From positions 1-64,000 of the forward strand of contig JBCBZJ010000008.1 of assembly GCA_039815375.1 (NCBI GenBank): a stretch of 64,000 bases of DNA, given 5' to 3'. The notes under the pieces were generated by a model. It worked only from the letters and a program-made list of their open reading frames with translations, was not told where the DNA came from and made no database searches. The position numbers and the translations under genes were made by a program. This document shows positions 1 to 8,891 of this stretch, in pieces. Position 1 is the first letter of the stretch. Each line of letters begins with the position of its first letter. Source of the DNA: Verrucomicrobiota bacterium. Lineage in GTDB: Bacteria > Verrucomicrobiota > Verrucomicrobiia > Opitutales > Coraliomargaritaceae.

Positions 1-81
1 CATTGATTTACAAAACTCAGGAGACAGAAGTTAGAACTCCGCATTGGCAAGATGGTTTTACACGATCACCAGTGATGATGG

Positions 82-1167
82 CTACCGTATAGTGATGTAT
101 GGCTCGATCGGACGATTGGTATTTGCCGTGCAAACAAAGGTATCGCGGTCTTCAGTGTTTTCGAAAAGGTAGAGGGCATAGCCGCCCCAACCACCACCGG
201 CGTATTTACGGGCAATGCAGCCTTCGGCCTCAGGCAACTCACGCATACCTTCCTTAATCTGCATCTCGTAACTCATGGCGACGCCTTGACCAAGCTTCGA
301 AAGCGAAGCCTCGAAGACGGCCTGCTTGGCAATCTTACCAGCTGCTTCGATCATATTATAGTCGCGATCATTGTCAGCATTGGCAGGGGTATCGTGCGGT
401 ATGTCCGTATAATGAAGTGCCATATGACCACGGAGAAAGTCGCCGTTGCGCTTAAAATGAAGGACAGGCTTTTCACCACTGCGCCAGACACAGAGGCCTG
501 TTTCGCGAATGATTGCAGGATCCTGCCAGCCCACGCCCAGGGCGAGCTCGCTCTCGACACCGTCGTTCCCATTCAACAGGGCCCATGCCCCGCTGCCACC
601 AAGGCCGGACTTCTGCTCATAGTCCCAATTTGTGAGGGAAACCAAAGGCGAGATCGCACAGTTTACGATGAACGCACCTTCGCGCGCATAGCGCGGCACA
701 TCCAACCAGCCACCTGCAAAATCAACTCGTAACGGCGCGTATGCAGGTGTGCGGATATTGCGCACGATCGAACTCGTTGAAACCGGTGTGAACTGCGGCG
801 GTGTCTTTGGCAGCTTTACATATTCTGCCCCGACCTGTTCACAAAGGGAACGTTTCACCTCCTCATACTGGTCGTCTTCTGTGACCGCAAGGATGTCAGG
901 CTTCACCGTCAGAAAGTGGTCCTTGAAGTCGAGGCCGAGCTCACCGCAATCACCGATGACGACCTGGTCTACAATATCCAAGGCAGTGATCAAAGCCAAC
1001 TTGTGGTCCTGAGGGATTGATGTGCGACGGTGCTTGTGGTCCCAAAGGACTTTATCAGAAGCGAAACTGACGGTAAGGTGATCGCCGAGCGCCCGGGCTT
1101 CTTTAAAAAACTGAATATGTCCGCCGTGGAGGATGTCGTAACATCCGGAAATAAAGACTTTTTTCAT
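82..1167 (-). CDS. Cytidylyltransferase-like domain fused to a compact GHMP-kinase-like domain
   Basis: N-terminal GCYDILHGGH (HxGH nucleotidyltransferase motif); C-half has APLRVDFAGGWLD, SGLGGSGA and YAGGGWGG (GHMP motifs). Start trimmed to ATG 1167 (MKKVFISG). Confidence 0.8.
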   Translation of the reverse strand: MKKVFISGCYDILHGGHIQFFKEARALGDHLTVSFASDKVLWDHKHRRTSIPQDHKLALITALDIVDQVVIGDCGELGLDFKDHFLTVKPDILAVTEDDQYEEVKRSLCEQVGAEYVKLPKTPPQFTPVSTSSIVRNIRTPAYAPLRVDFAGGWLDVPRYAREGAFIVNCAISPLVSLTNWDYEQKSGLGGSGAWALLNGNDGVESELALGVGWQDPAIIRETGLCVWRSGEKPVLHFKRNGDFLRGHMALHYTDIPHDTPANADNDRDYNMIEAAGKIAKQAVFEASLSKLGQGVAMSYEMQIKEGMRELPEAEGCIARKYAGGGWGGYALYLFENTEDRDTFVCTANTNRPIEPYITIR

Positions 1168-1189
1168 AGGGTAGAAGACCGTTAAACAA

Positions 1190-1714
1190 TCAGGGGATTT
1201 CCAAGGCAACTGCAATGCCATGAAGGACTGAAGCAATACGAACCGCATCGTGGACATTGTCTTCATTAAGACCGCCCTTTTTGACCGCGGCTTCGTGCGC
1301 CTTGAGGCAAAGCTCGCAGCCTGCAAGCGCAGCCGGTCCGATAGAGTAGAGCTCAAAATGTGTTTGATCGGTCGCAACTTGCTTCATCCGCATCATACGA
1401 AGGTTGAAAGCCTTCTGGTTGTAGGCCTCCGTATTCATGATATGCCGGAAACGAAAATACACTGTGTTCATCCCCATGAGTGAGGCAGCCCCCTTGGCAT
1501 CAGACAGGTCGTCGTCACTGAAGCCGGCTGCTTTAGCATCAGCAAGAACCGCCGAAATCAAATCCGAATGGCGAATGAAATAAGCTGTAGCCAAGGCTGT
1601 GCCCCATGTCTGGATTGAGTTCAGGGACTCGCCGCCAAGAACACGTTGTGCGTTCGCCTTAAGGTCACTTGCTTCTTCGGGCAGACGTTCCAGAAGCGCT
1701 GTAGTATTTTGCAT
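1190..1714 (-). CDS. ahpD: Alkyl hydroperoxide reductase D (carboxymuconolactone decarboxylase family)
   Basis: AAxLMGMN segment and GCELCLKAH (CxxC+H motif), ~175 aa. Confidence 0.8.
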   Translation of the reverse strand: MQNTTALLERLPEEASDLKANAQRVLGGESLNSIQTWGTALATAYFIRHSDLISAVLADAKAAGFSDDDLSDAKGAASLMGMNTVYFRFRHIMNTEAYNQKAFNLRMMRMKQVATDQTHFELYSIGPAALAGCELCLKAHEAAVKKGGLNEDNVHDAVRIASVLHGIAVALEIP

Positions 1715-1764
1715 GGAGGCATCCAAGCTATTCGTCGCAGGCCGTCAACCCGGAGAAATGCCGG

Positions 1765-2337
1765 TCACATTTTTGAGTCGATCCCGCAAAGCTTTTCCGC
1801 AGCATCCAACGCATCATCGAGAGGCCAACTGGCTTTCAGATTCTGTGCTTCTGTCATCGCGCCAGAGAAGAGGAGAAAGACCGCAGCACCGAGCCGGGGC
1901 GCCTCTCTTTCGGGAACTATAGTTCCGACCAGCTCAATAAAAAAGGCCCTCTGCGATCGTTTGTATCTGTCGATGAGCTCGGTCAGTTCGGGTTCGCTTT
2001 CTTCGTCGATTCCGGCTGCGGTGTTTGCAAATTGGCAGGATCGGTAGCCATTTGTCTCCAGCCAGTTGCGCATCGACAAAAAATACTTTCGTAACCGACG
2101 TGTCTTTTCTCCGGGACGTTCCATGAAATTCTCATGCATCATCGACATACCTTTCATGATGCGCATCAACCAGGCGCATCCAAGATTCGACTTATCTGAA
2201 AAGTGTCGGTGCAGTTCGGCTTTCGAGACCCCCGCATCAGCTATGATTTCGTCCAAACTCACGCCCGCAAATCCACGTTTGTGGAAGAGCTCTCCCGAAG
2301 CGGCAAGGATGCGGTCACGTCCCGTAGGTCCAGACAT
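1765..2337 (-). CDS. TetR/AcrR family transcriptional regulator
   Basis: RDRILAASGELFHKRGFAGVSLDEIIADAGVSK..HF..K HTH; start trimmed to ATG 2337. Confidence 0.9.
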   Translation of the reverse strand: MSGPTGRDRILAASGELFHKRGFAGVSLDEIIADAGVSKAELHRHFSDKSNLGCAWLMRIMKGMSMMHENFMERPGEKTRRLRKYFLSMRNWLETNGYRSCQFANTAAGIDEESEPELTELIDRYKRSQRAFFIELVGTIVPEREAPRLGAAVFLLFSGAMTEAQNLKASWPLDDALDAAEKLCGIDSKM

Positions 2338-2454
2338 AAATTCGAAAACATCCAAAAAAAAGTCCGGGGGCAAGCGCGGTCGACACAAGAATGGATTTTT
2401 AAGAATTTTTCTACATTTACACAGGGCCGTGTTGCCACATCCTCCACAATCCGC

Positions 2455-3840
2455 ATGAACCGGGTTTACATCAAGACCTACGGGTGCCAGATGAATGAAC
2501 GCGACTCCGAAGCCGTGGCAGCTATGCTGCGCAATAAAGGCTACGCGCTGGTGGAAGACGAGCACAGCGCCGACGTCATCCTGCTCAACACCTGTAGCGT
2601 TCGGGAGCAAGCTGAGCAAAAAGCGATTGGCAAGGCCGGGCATGTTGCTGCCCGTAAGAAAAAGAATCCAAACCTGATCGTCGGCATCATGGGCTGTATG
2701 GCCCAGAATCGTGGCGACGAGCTGGTCGACCGGCTGCCGGACCTCGATCTGGTCGTCGGCACACAGAAATTTCATCGGGTGCCCGATCATCTCGACAACA
2801 TGATCGCTACACTCCAGGGACAAGGCCCGCGACCTGATACGGTTGTCGATCTTGAGGAGGAAGACGGCTCGCAAAACACCATCCGCACCCACGTCGAGGA
2901 CAAACGTCAGGTCTCGGCCTTTGTCAGTATTATGCAGGGCTGCAACATGAAATGCTCTTACTGTATTGTGCCGAAAACCCGTGGCACCGAGCGTGGTCGA
3001 CCGATGGAATCAATTCTCGAGGAAATTCGCGAACTTGCCTCGAAAGGGACGCGTGAAGTCACCTTGCTGGGACAGATCGTCAACCAATACGGGGTGCGGG
3101 AATTTCCCTTCGTCGACAGGAAGAGCCCCTTCGTGCAACTTCTCGAACAAGTTAACGAGATTGATGGAATCGAGCGTATCCGATTTACCAGTCCGCATCC
3201 GGTCGGTTTCAAGGACGATCTGATCGAATGCTACGGTCGCCTTCCTAAACTCTGCGAATACATTCATTTCCCCATGCAGAGCGGCAGCAACCGAATCCTC
3301 AAAGCCATGCGACGCCCCTACTCGATCGAGAAGTTTCGCAGCATTATTGAGAAGCTTCGAGCAATCCGGCCTGACATCTATATTTCGACTGACGTTATTG
3401 TCGGATTCCCCGGAGAGACGGAGGAAGACTTCGAGCTGACCCGCCAAAATTTCGAAGAAATCGGCTTCGATATGGCCTTCCTTTTCAAATACAGCGTGCG
3501 CCCCGGCACCAAGGCGGAACCTCTTGGCGATCCGGTACCGACCGAAGTCAAAGAACAGCGTAACCAAGTGCTGCTTGATCTGCTCGGTAAAAGTTCGCTC
3601 GCACGAAACGAATCGCTGGTCGGAACAATTGAAGAAGTCCTGCTCGAAGGACCGGCAAAACGTGGCGAAGGCATGTTCATGGGACGCACTCGAGGGCACC
3701 GCAAAGTGATCGTCCCCGCTACCGAACGCCTTATCGGCGAACTGGTTCCTGTCCAAATCCAGAGCGCGAAATCCAGTACATTGATGGGTGAGCTGCTGCT
3801 GGAAGGCGTAAGTGCCGAAAAATCATTTGCACTTTCCTGA
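2455..3840 (+). CDS. miaB: tRNA methylthiotransferase MiaB
   Basis: KTYGCQMNERDS, NTCSVRE, radical-SAM CNMKCSYC, C-terminal TRAM domain; ATG at 2455. Confidence 0.95.
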   Translation: MNRVYIKTYGCQMNERDSEAVAAMLRNKGYALVEDEHSADVILLNTCSVREQAEQKAIGKAGHVAARKKKNPNLIVGIMGCMAQNRGDELVDRLPDLDLVVGTQKFHRVPDHLDNMIATLQGQGPRPDTVVDLEEEDGSQNTIRTHVEDKRQVSAFVSIMQGCNMKCSYCIVPKTRGTERGRPMESILEEIRELASKGTREVTLLGQIVNQYGVREFPFVDRKSPFVQLLEQVNEIDGIERIRFTSPHPVGFKDDLIECYGRLPKLCEYIHFPMQSGSNRILKAMRRPYSIEKFRSIIEKLRAIRPDIYISTDVIVGFPGETEEDFELTRQNFEEIGFDMAFLFKYSVRPGTKAEPLGDPVPTEVKEQRNQVLLDLLGKSSLARNESLVGTIEEVLLEGPAKRGEGMFMGRTRGHRKVIVPATERLIGELVPVQIQSAKSSTLMGELLLEGVSAEKSFALS

Positions 3841-3928
3841 GCAAAACAGTTTGAATCACCGTGGTTTAAACCAATCCGAATGAAGCTTGCATGAACAAAA
3901 GCGGGTATTCAGACATTCTTGTGCGACC

Positions 3929-5647
3929 ATGACAGCTAGAAGTATTTTCACACTTTCAATCCTTAACGCCCAACTTTGCTTCGGCGTTACAATACATGTC
4001 GATTCGAACGCAAATGGATCTGAAAATGGGAGCAGCTGGACAAATGCATATACGACTCTGCAAGCGGCTCTAGCCAGCGCCAACGCAGGCGATGAAATTT
4101 GGATCGCTCAGGGGGTCTACTACCCGGATGAAGGGCCCGGACAACTGGAGAATGCTCGCTCGTCGACTTTCTCTTTAGTTGAGGGTGTTAGCATCTATGG
4201 AGGCTTTGCAGGTGACGAGGTCAATTTGAACGAGCGAGACATCGAAGCGAATGCCACAGTCTTCTCTGGTGATCTGGCTCAGAACGATGGCCCGGATTTC
4301 AAAAATAACAGTGACAACGCTTATCATGTTATCCGAGCTGACGAAACCATAACGCAAGCTACCATTATCGATGGCGTCCAAATCACTGCTGGCAACGCAG
4401 ATCTGAACGGTATTTTCCCTGACCAAACAGGCGGTGGAGCCTATATCTTTACCGGTGCACCTTCATTCATCGATTGTACCTTCCATGGTAATGCCGCCGA
4501 ATTTGGTGGAGCCGTATTAGTAGACAATGCCAATCCGACATTCACCGACTGCATTTTTGAAAATAACCTTGGTGAATTCGGAGGAGCGATTTACGTCTAC
4601 AACATGTCCAGCCCGGTACTCGAGCGTATCACTGTTACAGGAAATGATGCAGAGCTGGGAGGTGGCATTTATAGCACCCAATCGACACCAACTATCATCA
4701 ACTCCATCTTTAGGGGAAATACCGCAACTTTAGGGGGAGCCGCCTACGACTCGAACGAAGCTGCTCCTGAATACACCAACTGTATTTTCCAAGGGAACTC
4801 GGCCGAACTCGGAGGTGCTTTCTATTGCAATACCACTTCGACGGGAGCAGTCATCAACTGTTCCATTCAGGGTAACTTGGCTTCAGTCGAAGGCGGAGGG
4901 GTCTACAACAATCTGGATGCGACACCTGTTTTCACGAATTGCATCGTCTGGAACAATGCAGCTGACGGCGAAACTGATACGCTTTCCGCCTCACTGTTCA
5001 ATAACGGCACACTCGCAGGCTTTAATTTCAGTCTTGTTGAAAATTGGACGATTGAAAACCTCCTGGGCACTGGAAATTTTAATGGCGCAGAGGCTCTAAA
5101 TGATCCTCGGTTTGTTGATCCAATTGATCCGCTCACAGCCCCTAGTTTGAATGGGGACCTGAATCTACAGGACGGCACACCAGTCTCAGGATCAGGCGAT
5201 AATGCTGCAAATTTAGAACCAACCGACCTCGCTGGAAATGCAAGAATTCAAAATACAGTTATCGATCTGGGCCCTTACGAATATAATTTCGATACGACTT
5301 TCGAAACCAGATATCCTGCTTTACAGCCAGAAGATGACGAAAACGGCAACGGACTATCAAACTTTCTCGAATACGCACTCGGCCTGGACCCGACCGTAGA
5401 CAACACTCTGACTGACTATAACCAAGTCATCAGCGGAACGCAGTTGTCTTACAGAGTCCGTGCGGTTGGAAATGATGTCAGCGTCGATTTCGAAAAATCT
5501 TCAGACTTATCGAACTGGTCCGACATGATTTTAGGGGTAGATTACAACCTAATCGACGAGACGATCAGTGGTGTTCAAAAGACGGTAACAGTTGATTTAC
5601 TCACTCAGGATACAGAACCGGTCTTGTTTTTCCGCCAGGTTTTTTAA
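3929..5647 (+). CDS. Secreted parallel beta-helix protein (Pmp-like GGAx/FxxN repeats, choice-of-anchor-Q-like region)
   Basis: Signal-like N-terminus, GSSWTNAY, repeated FxGNxAxxGGA, DLAGNARI..IDLGPYE, C-terminal DDENGNGLSNFLEYALGLDP...FFR tail. Confidence 0.75.
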   Translation: MTARSIFTLSILNAQLCFGVTIHVDSNANGSENGSSWTNAYTTLQAALASANAGDEIWIAQGVYYPDEGPGQLENARSSTFSLVEGVSIYGGFAGDEVNLNERDIEANATVFSGDLAQNDGPDFKNNSDNAYHVIRADETITQATIIDGVQITAGNADLNGIFPDQTGGGAYIFTGAPSFIDCTFHGNAAEFGGAVLVDNANPTFTDCIFENNLGEFGGAIYVYNMSSPVLERITVTGNDAELGGGIYSTQSTPTIINSIFRGNTATLGGAAYDSNEAAPEYTNCIFQGNSAELGGAFYCNTTSTGAVINCSIQGNLASVEGGGVYNNLDATPVFTNCIVWNNAADGETDTLSASLFNNGTLAGFNFSLVENWTIENLLGTGNFNGAEALNDPRFVDPIDPLTAPSLNGDLNLQDGTPVSGSGDNAANLEPTDLAGNARIQNTVIDLGPYEYNFDTTFETRYPALQPEDDENGNGLSNFLEYALGLDPTVDNTLTDYNQVISGTQLSYRVRAVGNDVSVDFEKSSDLSNWSDMILGVDYNLIDETISGVQKTVTVDLLTQDTEPVLFFRQVF

Positions 5648-5880
5648 CCCGAAAGAGGCAAACAGGTTTTTCGAGAATTCTACTGGGTAGAGGAGTATCT
5701 TTTTTTAAGGCACATTTCTAATTCATCGCATTAAAAACGTGCTCACCTGAATGGTGTTCGCCAGATTCCTGGATGACCAAATAGAGCTGCCTGTCAGACT
5801 AGCAGTCACTTATTTTCATACTCTCCTCGGCTCTTAGTAGCACGGCAGATTGCTCATTTTATCGAATAATCCAGATTCAA
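5645..5880. mobile_element. MITE-like dispersed repeat, copy 1
   Basis: Colinear similarity to 19690-19936 and 43731-44020 (TAACCC..GCAAAC start, CACATTTCTAAT, TGCCTGTCAG, CAGTCAC core, ATAATCCAG end). Confidence 0.65.
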
Positions 5881-5933
5881 ATGAGTATATCCGCCGCTTC
5901 CAGGGCTTTGGTTGATATCACATAAAAGAAAAA

Positions 5934-6272
5934 TCAATCGATCATCAGGTAGCGACCGTCCTTAAAACCACGAAAATAGGAGGCCAAACGTGGGTGCGAA
6001 ATTGGTTCGCCTGAAGTATCTATTTCAAGGTTGGATTGTGCCACATAGGTGCTGAGTCCTCCGCTGTCGTGAACAAGCACATGGTACCAGGGCTGATTAC
6101 GAGGCGGTTGCGTCTTGTTCGCAAAATACCAAGGGTCACCAGCCATACAGCGTGGATCGCAGGAGACGATAACACCTCGATAACTGTAAAGGCGATGCCG
6201 GACCAGTCCACCAAGCTCATGATAGACGCCGGGCGAGGTACCACCCTCAAAATCTGTAAGTCCTATTAACAA
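5934..6272 (-). CDS. hspQ: Heat shock protein HspQ / YccV-like
   Basis: VRHRLYSYRGVIV..DP, QPWYHVLV, TYVAQSNL, HP..YF..F.DGRY. Confidence 0.85.
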   Translation of the reverse strand: MLIGLTDFEGGTSPGVYHELGGLVRHRLYSYRGVIVSCDPRCMAGDPWYFANKTQPPRNQPWYHVLVHDSGGLSTYVAQSNLEIDTSGEPISHPRLASYFRGFKDGRYLMID

Positions 6273-6303
6273 TAGACTAAAGCTAAACTGAAATCCTGAT
6301 TCC

Positions 6304-7992
6304 TCAACCTACAGGATCAAAAGCTTCAAGAATCTCTCCGACAGGCCGCAACTGGTCCGGAGGGAAGAAGCTGTTGATCCGGTGTATGACCTGTTGAATG
6401 ATCCCATCCGGGCAGGACGCTCCGCCTGTAAGCAGGATGCGGGCTGAGCGATTAACGTCAGGTAGGAAAGGGCGCTCCATCTCGGTCCTCTCCGGCAATT
6501 CGCTGAGGTTGTAAGGAAAGATGTAGTGACGGATGGTTTCGAGAGAAAGTATGTTGTTCTCGGATTGGATGTAATGAGCATTCGCCCCGAATCTTTGTTC
6601 GCAGACGCGGAAGAGTTGAAAGGTATTTGAGCTGTTTTTTCCACCGACCACGAGAGCAGCATCGACAGGTTCGGCAATAGCTTTTTGCAATGCGTCCTGA
6701 TTTACCTGTGTGGCATAACAGAGGGTATCACCCTTTCCTTTCGACCAGAGATGATCGGCAACTTTTGCCTCACCGTGTAGTTCAATAATAACGTTTCGAA
6801 TAAAATCGATAATACGGAGCGTCTCGTTACGTAAAAGCGTGGTCTGGTTGACCACAGCAATTTTGTCCAGTTGGGTATCCGGATCGAAACCCGATGAATA
6901 GAGCCCGGCAAATGATGCTTCAAAGAGCTGTCGACGTTCCTCACCGCTCGCCCGAAGCACCTCCCCGAGCCGCTCTGCGTGCTCCATGTTTCTCAACATC
7001 AGGGCAGGTCCATAACTTGAAGCATTCGAAAAGGTCGCCTTAGTTTCTTCATGCTCAGACTTACCATGGATTAATACAGTAAAACCTTCCTCAGCATATC
7101 GGCGGGCAGCTTTCCATACTTTTTCTACGAGCATACAAGTCGCGTCATTTTCACGAATTGAAATACCACATTTGACCAAACGAGCCTTGTCTTCATTGGT
7201 TGCGCCAAAGGCTGGAATAATAACTATATCATCCTGAGTCAGTTGATTCCACAAGGCCTCTGGGTCGTCGGGGCCATAGGCGGGTCCGCCATCTGCTCGA
7301 AGCGGCAGACCTTTGTCGGTTTGTAGGTAACGTAAGCCTCGCGCCAAGAGGTCCTCGTTCACAAATGGATTGTGGATTAGTTCACTGAGCATGTATATGC
7401 GCTTATCCGGATAGGAGGCAACCGTCTCGTAAGCTCGCTCGATCGCGTTCTGCACACCAAGACAGAATCCGAAATGACTCGGTATAACATAACGCACAGC
7501 ACCAAAATCCAGTTCGGCCGGTTCACCGGATTTTTTCTCCTTTCTGCGTCGGGCCGCTTTGATCACAGCGCATAACTTACTCTGGTAAAGTGATTCAGAC
7601 TGAGGGTCGATGTAGATTGAGCGGTTGCGTTCTTTGGCCGTTCTAAATCGATAGATATATTCGTTTTCCCCTAAATCAAGATACGGGAGGCGCGACCAAT
7701 GATCATCAAATTGCGGAACCAGTTCTGATAAGTCGGGAGTGAGTGTGAAGTTACTGTTGGACAAACCAGCTTCAATCTCTTGCCAACTCATATAACTGCC
7801 GACGTTTTCGTTTTCGGAATATCTCACCGCAACTGATATCTCGCCATTTGGTCCAGCGTATTCAAACCAAGGATACGCTTCCTCATCGGAAAGCGTTAAG
7901 TAGTCCAGAACACCATCAAGTAGTTGTGTTAAAAGGCGGTGCTGCGCATCAAACGTCAGGACGATGCGGCGTGACTCTTCAGCGGTAACCAT
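6304..7992 (-). CDS. ispH: 4-hydroxy-3-methylbut-2-enyl diphosphate reductase with N-terminal extension
   Basis: FGFCLGV, ELIHNP, DATC, HEET, NQTT, DTLCYAT, VGGKNSSNT, TGGASCPD motifs. Confidence 0.92.
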   Translation of the reverse strand: MVTAEESRRIVLTFDAQHRLLTQLLDGVLDYLTLSDEEAYPWFEYAGPNGEISVAVRYSENENVGSYMSWQEIEAGLSNSNFTLTPDLSELVPQFDDHWSRLPYLDLGENEYIYRFRTAKERNRSIYIDPQSESLYQSKLCAVIKAARRRKEKKSGEPAELDFGAVRYVIPSHFGFCLGVQNAIERAYETVASYPDKRIYMLSELIHNPFVNEDLLARGLRYLQTDKGLPLRADGGPAYGPDDPEALWNQLTQDDIVIIPAFGATNEDKARLVKCGISIRENDATCMLVEKVWKAARRYAEEGFTVLIHGKSEHEETKATFSNASSYGPALMLRNMEHAERLGEVLRASGEERRQLFEASFAGLYSSGFDPDTQLDKIAVVNQTTLLRNETLRIIDFIRNVIIELHGEAKVADHLWSKGKGDTLCYATQVNQDALQKAIAEPVDAALVVGGKNSSNTFQLFRVCEQRFGANAHYIQSENNILSLETIRHYIFPYNLSELPERTEMERPFLPDVNRSARILLTGGASCPDGIIQQVIHRINSFFPPDQLRPVGEILEAFDPVG

Positions 7993-8399
7993 TACTTCCA
8001 GTGAAAGACGACAGGTTTATCAATTTCAGAGTTTAGACTGTGATGCACGGGGCAATTCTTGACTGCCATTTCCAATCTTCGCTTCTGCGACGTATCCAGC
8101 GAAACCGGCACCCAGATCTCCGTCGCTAGCCGACTGATTCGCCGAGGTGGATAATTTGACATTTCCTTGGTTACTTCGATACGCATCCCAGTCATGTCGA
8201 GGTCAAGTTTTTCCATCTGAATACCCACAATCGTGCCCATGCAGGATCCTAGGGCAGACGCGCATAAGTCTGTCGGCGAGAAACTCTCACCTTTCCCATG
8301 ATTGTCCACGGGAGCATCCGTGCAAAACTGCGCTCCCGACATCTCATGACGGACCGCACAACGCAAGTCGCCCTCGTATTCGATACTGACTTTAACCAT
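7992..8399 (-). CDS. OsmC family protein
   Basis: TDAPVDNHGKGESFSPTDL..ALGSC ... CPVHHSL. Confidence 0.9.
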   Translation of the reverse strand: MVKVSIEYEGDLRCAVRHEMSGAQFCTDAPVDNHGKGESFSPTDLCASALGSCMGTIVGIQMEKLDLDMTGMRIEVTKEMSNYPPRRISRLATEIWVPVSLDTSQKRRLEMAVKNCPVHHSLNSEIDKPVVFHWK

Positions 8400-8506
8400 C
8401 TCCGATAAACTATTGCAGCATCAGGTTTGGTCAACCAAACAGCCCGCTACGGTGGGCATTCCGCGATTGCACCCAGTAGCAAAGGTGTCATCAATACGAA
8501 TCAGTT

Positions 8507-8878
8507 ATGTTCCAAGTCAATTTCAGCGAGCAAAGTATGCACGAGCTCAACCAGCTCGATACCCGATCACAAATGATGCTGGTCGAGGTCGTAAGCACGC
8601 TAACGCAAGAACAGCTCGACCATCCAAATGAAGAGCTGGGCCGCTTTCACCGAAGTAGTAAGACCTTCTACCGAGTCCGGGCTGGTGAGTTTCGTATCTA
8701 TTTTGAACAAGACGGTGACGCACTTTTCGCACACTACATCCTCCACAAAAATACCCTGGCTGACTTCATCTTTCGCTCAAAGCTTCCGGTTACCGAGGAG
8801 TTTCTTGCAGAACAGGACGACTCTTTTTGGAAATACCTGGAATCGCTGCGTCATAAGAATGACGAACCTGCAGATTAG
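8507..8878 (+). CDS. RelE/ParE-like protein (no adjacent antitoxin)
   Basis: F.V.FS..S..EL..L N-terminus and FYRVRAGEFRIYF, typical of the RelE fold. Confidence 0.65.
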   Translation: MFQVNFSEQSMHELNQLDTRSQMMLVEVVSTLTQEQLDHPNEELGRFHRSSKTFYRVRAGEFRIYFEQDGDALFAHYILHKNTLADFIFRSKLPVTEEFLAEQDDSFWKYLESLRHKNDEPAD

Positions 8879-8891
8879 CGATTAACACTCT

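Noticed and set aside
1168..1377. 70-aa N-terminal extension of the cytidylyltransferase ORF
   Set aside because: Overlaps ahpD in another frame; the domain starts at MKKVFISG
2203..2892. Long overlapping N-termini of the TetR (375 aa) and MiaB (545 aa) ORFs
   Set aside because: Artefacts of upstream start choice; the real domains begin at 2337 (-) and 2455 (+)
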